DNA of 40,853 nucleotides from Meiothermus sp. (GCA_033762915.1 JANRLD010000074.1:1-40853); one strand, 5' to 3'. Counted from the stretch's first letter, positions 8,624-18,317 are shown. The notes: a model not told the origin generated them from the letters alone. A program made the numbers and translations.

Positions 8624-9667
8624 CTAGCGGCAGGCCGCTACGGTGTTGGGCACACCACGGCACAGCACTTCCTTCTTGATCCAGCCGGCCTGGAGCACCA
8701 CGCTCAGGTTGTTGCGGGTGATGCCGACGGGGCGGAGCAGGATGGCGTTCATCTTGACTTTCTTGGGGCCGCCGTCGAAGACGCTGGCGCGCACGCCACC
8801 CGTGGTGACGGCGGTGGGGGCGGTACCCTTGATGAGCTGGACGGCGATCTCGCCGGCAGCCTTGCCCAGGGCACGGCTATCCTTCCACACGCTCACGGTT
8901 TGCTGGCCCAGGGCCACGCGGTTAAGAGCAGCCTGGTCGCCGTCTTGGCCGGAGAGGGCCACCCGGCCCAGCAGGCCCACGGCCTGGAGGGCGGCGGCAG
9001 AGCCGGTGGCCATGCCGTCGTTGGAGGACATCACCGCGTCGATGCGGTTGGCGTTCTGGGTGAGGAGCTGCTCCATGTTGCGCTGAGCAACATCGGGCTT
9101 CCAGCCTTCGGTGGCCTGCTCGCCCACGATCTTGATCCGACCGGCCCGGATGGCGGGCTCGAGAATCTCGCGCTGGCCGTTGTAGACGAAGGTGGCGTTG
9201 GGGTCGCCGGGGTCGCCACGGATGAACACGTAGTTGCCGCTGGGGCGCACGGCCAGAACGGCGCGGCCCATGATGCGGCCCACTTCCACGTTATCGAAGG
9301 TCAGGTAGAAGGCGTAGGGGTCTTCGATCAGGCGGTCGTAGCCGATCACGGGGATCTTAGCTGCCTTGGCCTTCTCGATAGCGGGGCCGATGGCGTCCTT
9401 GTCCTGAGCCAGGATGATCAGGGCCTTGGCGCCACGGGCAATCAGGCTGTCAATGTCGGTAAGCTGCTTTTCCGCCGAGCTCTGCGCGTCAGCGCTGATG
9501 TAGTCGGCGCCACCGGCGGCCAGGGCGGCCTTGATGGCGGCCTCGTCGGTCTTCCAGCGCTCTTCCTGGAAGTTCGACCAGCTCACCCCCACGATCGGAC
9601 GTTGCGCCATAGCCGGGATGGCCAGGGCCACCACCGCAAGGGCGGCTACTTTGAGCAGTTGCTTCAT
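8624..9667 (-). CDS. xylF: XylF-like sugar ABC transporter substrate-binding protein
   Basis: Signal peptide; [51 protein letters not shown]. The actual ligand is not proven. Confidence 0.8.
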   Translation of the reverse strand: MKQLLKVAALAVVALAIPAMAQRPIVGVSWSNFQEERWKTDEAAIKAALAAGGADYISADAQSSAEKQLTDIDSLIARGAKALIILAQDKDAIGPAIEKAKAAKIPVIGYDRLIEDPYAFYLTFDNVEVGRIMGRAVLAVRPSGNYVFIRGDPGDPNATFVYNGQREILEPAIRAGRIKIVGEQATEGWKPDVAQRNMEQLLTQNANRIDAVMSSNDGMATGSAAALQAVGLLGRVALSGQDGDQAALNRVALGQQTVSVWKDSRALGKAAGEIAVQLIKGTAPTAVTTGGVRASVFDGGPKKVKMNAILLRPVGITRNNLSVVLQAGWIKKEVLCRGVPNTVAACR

Positions 9668-9743
9668 AGCTTCTCCTCCACAGAGTCATGAGTCGACGAT
9701 TTGCACACGGAACTGCTTCCACTGTTTGTTCGACTCGCCCGCT

Positions 9744-9773
9744 AAGATACAGGCTTAAGTGCGTGGCTGTCAA
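9744..9773 (-). promoter_or_regulatory. Sigma70-type promoter for the sugar ABC operon
   Basis: Minus strand TTGACA-18 nt-TATCTT upstream of the SBP gene. Confidence 0.65.
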
Positions 9774-9879
9774 TGCCCCTGAGGTCTGCAGAATGCCCTA
9801 GATGTTCCCTAAGCTACGGATACATTGGAGCAAGTCCACCCGAAAAAAGCGGGAGGAAAGCCGCTGTTTGCGGGAAGTT

Positions 9880-9891
9880 GCAAACGATTGC
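9880..9891. promoter_or_regulatory. Candidate LacI-family operator
   Basis: GCAAACGATTGC, one mismatch from the palindrome GCAAACGTTTGC with central CG; about 110 bp upstream of the promoter. Confidence 0.35.
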
Positions 9892-9906
9892 GGGGTGGAA
9901 TCTGGT

Positions 9907-10824
9907 CTATGGCTCAGTTCTAGAGACGCGCAACGCGTAACGGTCGGCGGCGGCGAACACTGCGGCGATGTCCTGGGGTGTTACTTCCACAGTGGGCGTC
10001 CGAACATAGGCGGACGCAATCAGTCCTGCCCGAAGCAGTAGGGCCTTGCGGGCATGCAGCGAGAACTCGTGCCCAAGGCTCGAGACGGCCTGCACCACGG
10101 GCTGGTAATAGGAGAGGATTTCGGCAACTTTGCGTTTGTCGCCCGACTCCCAGGCCGCCCAGGCCTGGTGGAAGACCTCGTTAAATCCCGCGCCAGGAAT
10201 CACCCCCGCGGCTCCGATCTGGAGTTCGTCCAGGAAGGTCAGGCCGCCCACGCCGCCGAACTGTGCGGCGTGCCCTGGCAGCACGGCCTGTAGGGCCTTC
10301 ATCCGCTCTGGCGCCCCAGCGCCCTCGATCTTGAAATACCGGATCATCTCGGAGTTGTGGGCCATTTCGGCCAGGTCTTCGGTCGAGAGCAGGGTGTGCG
10401 CATACTGCGGGATGTGCGGTGACTGCTGCACCATCAGCGGGAAAGGGGAGAAGGCTGCCAGGCCGAGGTAGTGCTTTACCAGGGCGCGGGGGCCGTTGTT
10501 CATGGTGCTTGGGGGCAGCACCATGAAGGCCGCAGGATTGTGCCTCGACAGAACGCGTACCTGTGATTTCGCGGCCTCGAGGCTGCCCGCGGCAAGCCCG
10601 ATCACCAGCGGCACCTGTCCTGCTACCTCGTCGGCCACGATAGCTGCGGTGAGCAGGCGTTCCTGGTCAGTCAGCTTGTAGGCTTCGGAGGCGAAGCCGT
10701 TGATACCCAACCCATTTGCGCCTCCCTCGAGTTCGAAGCGCACCACCCGGCGTAAACTAATCTCGTCCACCAGACCGTCTTCGCCGAAGGGCACGAAAAC
10801 GATCGGGATGATGCCGCGCAACAT
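9907..10824 (-). CDS. DapA/NAL-family protein, 2-keto-3-deoxy sugar-acid dehydratase-like subclass
   Basis: GIIPIVFVPF, GFASE instead of GTTGE, LMVQQSP (Gln where DapA has Tyr), YFKIEG. Confidence 0.75.
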   Translation of the reverse strand: MLRGIIPIVFVPFGEDGLVDEISLRRVVRFELEGGANGLGINGFASEAYKLTDQERLLTAAIVADEVAGQVPLVIGLAAGSLEAAKSQVRVLSRHNPAAFMVLPPSTMNNGPRALVKHYLGLAAFSPFPLMVQQSPHIPQYAHTLLSTEDLAEMAHNSEMIRYFKIEGAGAPERMKALQAVLPGHAAQFGGVGGLTFLDELQIGAAGVIPGAGFNEVFHQAWAAWESGDKRKVAEILSYYQPVVQAVSSLGHEFSLHARKALLLRAGLIASAYVRTPTVEVTPQDIAAVFAAADRYALRVSRTEP

Positions 10825-10829
10825 TGGAA

Positions 10830-10836
10830 TACTATA
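10830..10836. promoter_or_regulatory. Overlapping bidirectional -10 boxes for two leaderless genes
   Basis: Plus strand TACTAT (10830-35) lies 7 nt before GTG 10843; minus strand TATAGT (10836-31) lies 6 nt before ATG 10824. Confidence 0.65.
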
Positions 10837-10842
10837 AAGCCT

Positions 10843-12003
10843 GTGAAGGCCCTACAACTCCTCGCGGATTTTCAGCCCCGGCCCGGCTACGCCCTTAGCG
10901 ACGCCGAGCGCGTGACCCGGAAGGTGAAGACCGGTTCCCAGGTGTGGCGACACCCGACCCTCGAGTTCGGCCCGGTTCCCGACCCCGTGCCAGGGGCCGA
11001 CCAGGTCCTGATCGAGGTCGGGGCGGTCGGGATTTGTGGCTCGGACATGCATATGTACGAGTCGGATTCCGAGGGCTACATCCTGTATCCCGGACTCACC
11101 CGCTTTCCTAACATCCTGGGCCACGAGTTTGCCGGACGGGTGGTGGAGGTGGGCAGGGAGGTGCGGGACCTCGAGCCGGGCGACCTCGTGGCCTGCGAGG
11201 AGGTTCACTGGTGTGGTACTTGCGAAGCCTGTCGGCGCGGTCTGCCCAACCACTGCACCCGTATGGAAGAACTGGGCTTCACCACCCCCGGCGCAATGGC
11301 CCAGTTCGTCGCGGTCGACGCCAAATACTGCTGGAAGTTGACCGAAATCGCCGAGCGCATCGGCTCAGAGGACGAAGCTCTGGTGATGGGCGCGATGGTG
11401 GAGCCGACCGGGGTTTCGTACCACGCCATGTTCAACCGCATTAGTAGCTTTAAGCCGGGGATGTATACGGTGGTGTTCGGAGGCGGCCCCATAGGGTTGG
11501 CCGCCGTCGGGCTGGCGGGCGCGGCGGGGGCCTCACAGATCATCGTGTTTGACGTCTCCGAGAAGCGCCTCGAGTTCGCCCGCAGGCTGGGCGCGACCGC
11601 GACCCTAAACCCGACCGGCCAGGACATCAACGGGGCGATTTTGGAGCTGACCCGGGGCCACGGCGCAGACTTTGTGGTGGAGGCGGCGGGCGCACCCCTG
11701 CACACTTTGGCCCCACTCACCTCGGGGCTGGCAGTGGGGGCCACCATCGCCCACATCGGGCGCTCGGAAAAACCCACGCCGCTCTCACTCGAGCATTATC
11801 AGGTACGGGGCGTGCAATTGGCGGGCTCGCTGGGTCACGCCGGACATGGCACCTTTCCCGCCGTCATTCGGCTTATGGCTTCGGGCAGGCTGGACATGCG
11901 CCCGATGCTGAGTGCGCGGCTGCCATTGGGCCAGGCCAAGGCGGCTTTCAAGCGGCTAGAGTCTAGGGAAGACGCAAAGATAATCCTATTGCCGTCCCAG
12001 TAG
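10843..12003 (+). CDS. iolM: Zn-dependent MDR dehydrogenase, scyllo-inosose 3-dehydrogenase (IolM)-like
   Basis: GICGSD, GHE, CGTCEAC..G.PNHC, GGGPIG. The N-terminal extension (F.PRPGY...GSQVWRHP) and EGYILYPGLT.FP..LGHE resemble Thermotoga IolM as recalled. Confidence 0.72.
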   Translation: MKALQLLADFQPRPGYALSDAERVTRKVKTGSQVWRHPTLEFGPVPDPVPGADQVLIEVGAVGICGSDMHMYESDSEGYILYPGLTRFPNILGHEFAGRVVEVGREVRDLEPGDLVACEEVHWCGTCEACRRGLPNHCTRMEELGFTTPGAMAQFVAVDAKYCWKLTEIAERIGSEDEALVMGAMVEPTGVSYHAMFNRISSFKPGMYTVVFGGGPIGLAAVGLAGAAGASQIIVFDVSEKRLEFARRLGATATLNPTGQDINGAILELTRGHGADFVVEAAGAPLHTLAPLTSGLAVGATIAHIGRSEKPTPLSLEHYQVRGVQLAGSLGHAGHGTFPAVIRLMASGRLDMRPMLSARLPLGQAKAAFKRLESREDAKIILLPSQ

Positions 12004-12024
12004 GGACGCAAGGCCGTGCGTCCC
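12003..12024 (+). other. Short GC-rich hairpin after the iolM-like gene
   Basis: GGGACGCA-aggccg-TGCGTCCC; no U tract. Confidence 0.4.
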
Positions 12025-12051
12025 CCTGAAAAGCGTAAACTGGTTTGACCT

Positions 12052-12726
12052 ATGAAGCTTAAGTGGTACGGACATGCCAGCTTTCGCCTCACCTCAAGTG
12101 CCGGGGTCGGCCTCATTACCGACCCCTACGACCCCCAGACGGCGGGCTATAAGCCCTTTACCGAGCCTGCCGAGGTGGTGGTAATCTCCTCCGACAACGA
12201 CCGCTTCCACTGCAACGCCCACCTGATTCCGGGCAACCCCAAAGTAATCAACGCCCTCGAGCTGGCGAGAGATGGCGGCGCGACCAATCTATATGGTCTC
12301 GAGGTGCGCGCCGTCGAGGCCATGGAGGCCCTCAACCACCGCGAGCACCACCCCGACCAGAATGGGATGTACCGCATCCTGATGGACGGCATCTCGGTGG
12401 GGCACATGGGCGACATGGGCAACGCCCTGAGCCAGGAGCAGCTCGAGTTTTTTGCCGGAACCGACGTGCTGCTGGCCCTGGCGGGCGGGCACCCGACCCT
12501 CGAGCTCGACGATCTGAAGACGGCCATAGACCACATTCGGCCCAGGCTGGTCGTCCCCATGCACTTCCGTACCCTTACCTACCGGCCGCGCAACACCTTG
12601 TGGATTGAGTCGTTTTTAGGCTACTACCCCGACGCCCAGGTGGACTTCGCCTGTGCGTCGGAGGTCGAGCTATGGCGAGAGGACCTGCCGGGGGAGACTC
12701 GAGTGCTGGTGGTGGATTACGCCTAA
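12052..12726 (+). CDS. MBL-fold metallo-hydrolase (Lactamase_B_3-like)
   Basis: KWYGHASF, ITDPY, HMGDMG, DVLLALAGG, PRLVVPMHF. Confidence 0.8.
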   Translation: MKLKWYGHASFRLTSSAGVGLITDPYDPQTAGYKPFTEPAEVVVISSDNDRFHCNAHLIPGNPKVINALELARDGGATNLYGLEVRAVEAMEALNHREHHPDQNGMYRILMDGISVGHMGDMGNALSQEQLEFFAGTDVLLALAGGHPTLELDDLKTAIDHIRPRLVVPMHFRTLTYRPRNTLWIESFLGYYPDAQVDFACASEVELWREDLPGETRVLVVDYA

Positions 12727-12855
12727 GGGTATCAATTGTTGGAGTGCGACACGTCGAAAGCTAGCTCTAGACTCCGAACCAAAACTCTCCCACCAAACAT
12801 CAGGAGTAGGGCTGAAGCTCTGTTCGGGGCTGTCCTGGATGTGCGAGCACACCAC

Positions 12856-14487
12856 TTAGGGGGCGCTGCTCTGTGGCGTGAAGGGCTTTAGCCCGGTAGC
12901 CCGGTCGAGCAGGTAGAAGCTGTTGGCAGGGGCCTCGAGCCACTCTCCCCAGGCGCCGTCCGGCCACTGCACCCGTATGCGTACCCGCTCGGCGCTGCCC
13001 AGGCCGAAATGGGTCCAGCCCAGATTGCCGCTGACATGCCCGCCCCCCACCGTCAGTTCGCGGCGCAGGACGCGGCCGCTGGGCAGCTGAACTTCGAACC
13101 ACGAGCCGATGGCGTCGCGGTTGTTGCCCGTTTGGGCTAGGCGCACCTGCACCCAGTTGCCCATTGGCCGGGCCGCCAGCGGGGTACCGCTGCCAAGGTT
13201 ACGCCATAATTGGGGGTTGTCGAGGCGGTTCACCACCACCAGATCCAGCAGTCCATCGGCGTTAAAGTCAACCATCTGAGCCCCGCGGCCGCGCAGCATC
13301 GAGGCCACCCCCGCCCGGTCCCCCACCTCGGTGAAACTGCCGTCGGGCTGGCCCAGCATCAGGTTGTTGGGGTCTTTGGCCGCTGCGCCGCGCATGAAGC
13401 CGACGTTGCCTTTGGCCACGAAAAGGTCGATCAGGCCGTCGTTGTTGGCGTCGTCGAACTGTACATGCCAGGCGGTGCTCATGTGGACGTCTCCGCCGGT
13501 GTAGGGGCGGTGGGCGGTGGCATTGCGGCGGAAGGCGATATCCTGGTAAGTGGGCCGAAGGGGGCTCTGGGTTGAGATCAAGCTTTGCAGCTTGTTGTCG
13601 CCCATGCTGGTGAGGTAGTAGACCGGGTAGCCGGTGCCCAGCAGGTCGTAGCTGGCGATGCCCATGCCCCAGATTTGCAAACGGCGGAATCCGTCGGCCT
13701 CGGTGTACTCGCGGGGGGCCTGACCCGGGAGGACCTGCCAGAGCTGCTCGCGGCCCTTGCCCTCGTAGTATTCGCGGTCGTTGGACACCCGCAGGCTGGG
13801 GACGCTCGAGCGGTTCCAGTCGGTAAACTGCATCGAGAGGGCGCAGAACGAAGGCTCGAGGCTGGTGGCGGCTCCATACTGGTTCCCGCTGGGGCGGAAC
13901 AAGGCGTTGCCCTTGCAGGTTCCCCAGGGGTAGCGGCTGTTCATCTCGGTGTAGTTGCCCCAGGCCAGACTGGGCATGGCCTGGCCCCGCTCCCAGGTTG
14001 CGGCAAAGGCGGTCGTCCAGGCCCGGCCCCCGCCGAAGTTCCAGCGCCGGTTAGCGTTTTCGAAGCGGCAGCCCGGCAGTCCACGCATCAGGACGTTCCC
14101 GCCGTCGCGCAGTATTGCCAGGTCGGTGAGGCCGTCGTTGTCGATGTCGAGGGGGTAGGCCCCCATAACCTTCTCGAGCTCGAGGCCGCTTGTCTCTTCC
14201 CTGAACCTTAGCGCACCGCCGACTGCACTGAGGTTGCGGTAAAACTTGGCCTTGTTGGTGCCTCCCGAAAGGTAGATCTCCGGCAAGCCGTTCCCGTCGC
14301 AGTCAAAGGTAGCGACCCCACCTCCCACTACGTAGTCGCCCAGAAACTTTGGGCCAAGCCCCACCGAGGCTGTCTCGTCGACAAAGCTCGGGACGGCTGG
14401 CGCCGGGGCTGGCGTGCCTTGCGCCAGCGTTAACCCGATAATTAGCGCACAGCCAAAGAGGCTGGATGTATTCCAGATTTTGAACAT
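12856..14487 (-). CDS. Secreted CRTAC1-family protein (FG-GAP/VCBS repeats plus C-terminal ASPIC/UnbV domain)
   Basis: Repeats DCDGNGLPEI, DIDNDGLTDL, DANNDGLIDL, DFNADGLLDL; C-terminal NRDAIG...HFGLG...IRVQWPDG. Signal peptide follows ATG 14487; exact start uncertain. Confidence 0.85.
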   Translation of the reverse strand: MFKIWNTSSLFGCALIIGLTLAQGTPAPAPAVPSFVDETASVGLGPKFLGDYVVGGGVATFDCDGNGLPEIYLSGGTNKAKFYRNLSAVGGALRFREETSGLELEKVMGAYPLDIDNDGLTDLAILRDGGNVLMRGLPGCRFENANRRWNFGGGRAWTTAFAATWERGQAMPSLAWGNYTEMNSRYPWGTCKGNALFRPSGNQYGAATSLEPSFCALSMQFTDWNRSSVPSLRVSNDREYYEGKGREQLWQVLPGQAPREYTEADGFRRLQIWGMGIASYDLLGTGYPVYYLTSMGDNKLQSLISTQSPLRPTYQDIAFRRNATAHRPYTGGDVHMSTAWHVQFDDANNDGLIDLFVAKGNVGFMRGAAAKDPNNLMLGQPDGSFTEVGDRAGVASMLRGRGAQMVDFNADGLLDLVVVNRLDNPQLWRNLGSGTPLAARPMGNWVQVRLAQTGNNRDAIGSWFEVQLPSGRVLRRELTVGGGHVSGNLGWTHFGLGSAERVRIRVQWPDGAWGEWLEAPANSFYLLDRATGLKPFTPQSSAP

Positions 14488-14545
14488 ATTTCGATAATAC
14501 CTCATGCACACCGGACAACAAAGTGTGTAAACTGCTGTCCAACTT

Positions 14546-15835
14546 ATGAATAGATTTGATGGTCGGGTTTCGATAGCCGGGCGTACTGTGCCGCGGCTAC
14601 ACTGCGATCGCGGCGCGACTTGGGCGGTGTTGGCTGTGGTTTGGGCAGTCGCTTCAGCGGCCTTGGCCCAGCCGCTTCCAGAAAAAACCTGGGTGGCCAA
14701 GGCTCCCACGGGCCTATTGCTCGAGCGCTCCCTGGTCAATCTCCCCGTCCCCGAAAAGCCCTACGACCTCCAGTGGCAGACCCTCGACGACCTCGTGCGC
14801 CTTCAGCTTTTGGGCATTCAGACCCAAATGTTTTCGCCACCCCGCACCGCGAGGGCGCTGGCCTTGCTTTCGGTTTCAATCAACGACACCCTGGTTCTGA
14901 TGCCTAAGGGGCTCGAGCCCAATGTGGCGGTGGGGGCGGCTGCGCAAGAGGTGATGCTATACCTGCACCCCACGCTGCCCAACTTTAAGGACGGCGTACG
15001 GCAAAACCTCGAGGCCTTCATCGAGAAGGCCAGGGCCGACGGGGTGCCACCGCGCACCGTGGAAGCCTCGAGGCTCTTTGGTCGCAATGTTGGCCAGCAG
15101 ATCATGAACTGGGGCCGGGCCGACGGCTCCGGTCGGCAGGTCATCCCGACCTACCCCAAGGCTGCTCCTGGGGTATGGGTGCTACCGCTGGGGCGTCCCG
15201 CCGCCGAGCCCGGCTGGGGCAATGTGCGGCCGATTGGCGTGAGCCTCGAGCAACTCGCCAAGTCCGACCCGCCCCCTGCCTGGGATTCTCCCGCCTATGA
15301 GTCTGAGCGCCAGCGTTTTTGGGCCGAACAGGCCAAGCTCGACCAGGCCGGCAAGGACATCGCCGAAAAGTGGGCCGGCGACCCCGGCACAGTCACGCCG
15401 GCCGGCCTCTGGCAGGAGATTGCTTTCCGCTTCATTCGGGAGCAGCAATACACCCCGGAGCAGGCCATCGCGGTGTTGGCCCCGCTCAATGTTGCGATGC
15501 ACAACTCCTTCATCGCCTGCTGGCGCGACAAGTTCGACTACTACACCCTCCGCCCCGACCAGTGGGTACGCACTTTCGAGAAGAAGTGGCGGCCCTATCT
15601 TCGCACCCCACGCTTCCCCGCCTACCCCTCGGGCCACGCGACTGTCAGTGGAACCGCCGCGGCCGTGCTCTCCGCCTTCTTTCCGGCCCAGACCAGTTTC
15701 TTTCAGGCCGAGGCCAAGGAAGCCTCCTACTCCCGAATCATCGCCGGCATCCACTGGTTTGTGGACGGCAGTGGGGGACTCGAGCTCGGGCGCAGGGTCG
15801 CGGAGCAAGTGCTGGCGCTGGACCGGGGCAGGTAG
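14546..15835 (+). CDS. Secreted vanadium-dependent haloperoxidase / PAP2-superfamily protein
   Basis: Three anion-binding motifs: KFDYYTLRP, PAYPSGH, SRIIAGIHW. Signal peptide ends ASAALA-Q; start uncertain. Confidence 0.82.
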   Translation: MNRFDGRVSIAGRTVPRLHCDRGATWAVLAVVWAVASAALAQPLPEKTWVAKAPTGLLLERSLVNLPVPEKPYDLQWQTLDDLVRLQLLGIQTQMFSPPRTARALALLSVSINDTLVLMPKGLEPNVAVGAAAQEVMLYLHPTLPNFKDGVRQNLEAFIEKARADGVPPRTVEASRLFGRNVGQQIMNWGRADGSGRQVIPTYPKAAPGVWVLPLGRPAAEPGWGNVRPIGVSLEQLAKSDPPPAWDSPAYESERQRFWAEQAKLDQAGKDIAEKWAGDPGTVTPAGLWQEIAFRFIREQQYTPEQAIAVLAPLNVAMHNSFIACWRDKFDYYTLRPDQWVRTFEKKWRPYLRTPRFPAYPSGHATVSGTAAAVLSAFFPAQTSFFQAEAKEASYSRIIAGIHWFVDGSGGLELGRRVAEQVLALDRGR

Positions 15836-15916
15836 GCCCCGGCTAAACAGGTAATAGAACTTTCTTGACTGACCGGCGGGGCTACCCGGACTGGAGCGGC
15901 AGTGTGTTCTCCCGCC

Positions 15917-17094
15917 TCACCCGCCCTTACCCGCCTCGATTTTCCGCGTTCCCTCGTTCAGCACCGTGTACACCGCACCTTCAATCAGGTCGGCGATGTA
16001 TTCCTCGGTAAGGGGCTCTACGGTACGCTTGGCCGCCTGGATCATGCGCTCACGGGCGGCCTTGGAGGAGTTCAGCGCCTTGTCGAGGACCTTGTAGGTG
16101 GCCGCAAGGTCGTCTGGGCGCATCTGCCAGCCGTTCACGTCGTCCTTGATGAGCTCCTCGACGCCCTGGCTGTAGACACTGCCCAGCATAGGCAGACCGG
16201 TGGCCAGGGCTTCATTAACCGCACACCCCCATTCTTCGGAGAGCGTAGGGAAGACCGAGAGGTCGGCGGTGAGGTAGATCTCGGCCACTTTGTGGAAGGG
16301 AATATGGCCGTGGCAGACGATTTTCAGGTTGGCGGGCCAGTTTGCGGCCTCGATCTCGGCCCTGAGTGGACCGTCGCCCACCATGGCGAACTCGAGCGAG
16401 CGCTGGGGGTGGTCCTCGGCCCACTTTTTCAGGGTCTGGAGGAACTCCGGCAAGCCCTTTAGGGCGATCATCCGGCCCACGTACATAAGGCGGTAGACCT
16501 GTTCCGAGGCGGCGGTGCGCTGCTCGGAGATGGGGAAGAACAGCTTCATGTCGGTGGTCTGGGGGGGACGTGAAAAACGGGGGCGCTAAACTTGGTGACC
16601 GACCTCAAGTAGCGCTCGCCGCTGTTTCCGTTGACCAAGATGGCGTCCACGCCGGGCAACAACCACTTGCGCAGCAGTTGACGCAGCCGGCCTCGGCCCT
16701 GTTCGGAGCTCTCCGAGAGGGTGGCCCAGATGATCACCTTGCAGCGCGGGTTGAACACCTTGTACAGCGCCGCGAAGGCCGAACGCCAGCCCAGCTCGTT
16801 GGAGATCACGAAGTCGGGGCGGTGGCGGATCAGGCTGGGGATGGTGTCGAAGGGGATGTGGACGAAGACCGTCTCGCTAAATCCCTTGGGGTGGTGCCAG
16901 CCCTGTCGGAACATCCAGCTTTTCTGCACCTCCACGTCAAGGCTCCCGAACTCGGGTTTCCAGTTACGGTTGGGCTCCATCTCGGTGGAGAGCAAGAGCT
17001 TGAAGAAGGGGAAGCGCTTGGCCAGCAACTCGTACAACGGAAGCCGGTGCGGGGGGACGAAGTTGGTGAGGAAGACGCCACGCGGTTTGTTCAT
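15917..17094 (-). pseudogene. GT4 glycosyltransferase split by a frameshift at the G7 tract 16561-16567
   Basis: N-half MNKPRGVFLTNFVPPHR... (17094-16546) and C-half ...LMYVGRMIALKG...SEEWGCAVNEALATGLP (16549-15917) lie in different frames and join if the tract is 5 or 8 nt. Confidence 0.8.
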
Positions 17095-18317
17095 GCTGAG
17101 CCTCTGGGGTTGTGCCCGACGGATGCGCCGACCAAGATAGCCAGCGGGGCCATTACGAAGATGTAGGACACCGAGTTGTCGGTCGTGGAAGACAGGGCGA
17201 TGCCGGCCAGAGCCAGAAAGGCCGCAAAGTGCAAGGTAGCGCTCGGTGAGCCCCGGCTGTAGGCCCGCAGCCAGGCTGTAAGGGCGGACCAGAGCATCAG
17301 CATGAACGCGGCGGCGAAGAACAGGCAGCCAATCAAGCCGTAGTCGTGAAGTAGCCGCAGATAGTCGTTGTGCGGGTGGGTGATGCGCTCGCCAAAGCGG
17401 GCAATGATGGTGTTGGAGGCCGAGCCCGCGCCCTTGCCTGTCCAGGGCGACTCGAGGAACGACTGCCAAGTGGCGACCCAGAAGTCGCCGCGACCCATCA
17501 TGTTTATCCCCACGCCGGCCACCTGCACCGACACGTCGCCGGTGAAAAAACGCTTGCGCAAGGGTTCTATGTTGAATACTGCGGCCACCAGGATGGTCAG
17601 CGCCGCTGCGAACAGGCCCACGAACTTGCCCCACTGCCATAACGAACCCTTGGCCGGAAGCAGAGACAGGCCCAGCAAGATTAGGGCGATTACCAACGCC
17701 AGCCTCGAGAGGCTGGCTGCCACCATCAGGGTCATGAAGAGTCCCCAGTAGAGGTCGGCGCGGGAGCCGTGTCGCGCGTTGGCGAAGGCGATGGCGATGG
17801 GGATGAGGGCAAAGAGGGCGTAGGTGCGGGTGCCCACAATCAGGGAACTCTCGAGGCCGCCCAGCGCCACCGAGAGCCCGTAGAGCCCGGAGGCCACGAT
17901 GCCCGCCCACAGAATCCAGCGCTTAACCTTTAGGCCGTAGTCTGGGTAGGTAGCTGAAAGTCTCGAGGAGAGCAGGAACAGTCCGAAGAAGCCCATCAGC
18001 ACGGCCAGGTTCTGGAGGTTGGGTAGGTCGATTCGGCTGTCTAGCCGGAACATCGAGACCCCCGCCCACAGTGCAAATAGCGCCATGAAAAAGCCGACCG
18101 CCATGCTGTTGCGGCTGCCAAAGTGGGGACGGATTACCCATAGCGTCCAGGCCAGCGCCCCGTAGCCCATGCTGAGCAGTCCGAGCAGGCTAACTGGGCC
18201 CATGGAGATGTCACGTGGGATGTCAACCAAGGCTGTGACCGAGACCACCATGCCGACAAAAAGCAGCGCCAGCGTGGGGGGAAGATGGGAGCGAGGTTGC
18301 GGCAGCGCCTTCACCAT
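17091..18317 (-). CDS. O-antigen ligase/polymerase (Wzy_C) family membrane protein
   Basis: About 12 hydrophobic segments, SLSR, GR..FW......F.ESPWTGKGAG, HPHNDYL. Confidence 0.85.
   Translation of the reverse strand: MVKALPQPRSHLPPTLALLFVGMVVSVTALVDIPRDISMGPVSLLGLLSMGYGALAWTLWVIRPHFGSRNSMAVGFFMALFALWAGVSMFRLDSRIDLPNLQNLAVLMGFFGLFLLSSRLSATYPDYGLKVKRWILWAGIVASGLYGLSVALGGLESSLIVGTRTYALFALIPIAIAFANARHGSRADLYWGLFMTLMVAASLSRLALVIALILLGLSLLPAKGSLWQWGKFVGLFAAALTILVAAVFNIEPLRKRFFTGDVSVQVAGVGINMMGRGDFWVATWQSFLESPWTGKGAGSASNTIIARFGERITHPHNDYLRLLHDYGLIGCLFFAAAFMLMLWSALTAWLRAYSRGSPSATLHFAAFLALAGIALSSTTDNSVSYIFVMAPLAILVGASVGHNPRGSA

Noticed and set aside
9725..9745. ROK/XylR-like operator (minus strand TTAGCG-N9-AACAAA) next to the xylF -10 box
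   Set aside because: One half-site has two mismatches and no ROK regulator is in the window; too weak to call.
17095..17910. N-terminal ~270 aa of ORF 16546..17910
   Set aside because: Alternate frame inside the O-antigen ligase gene; the real GT4 begins at ATG 17094 (ATGA overlap).
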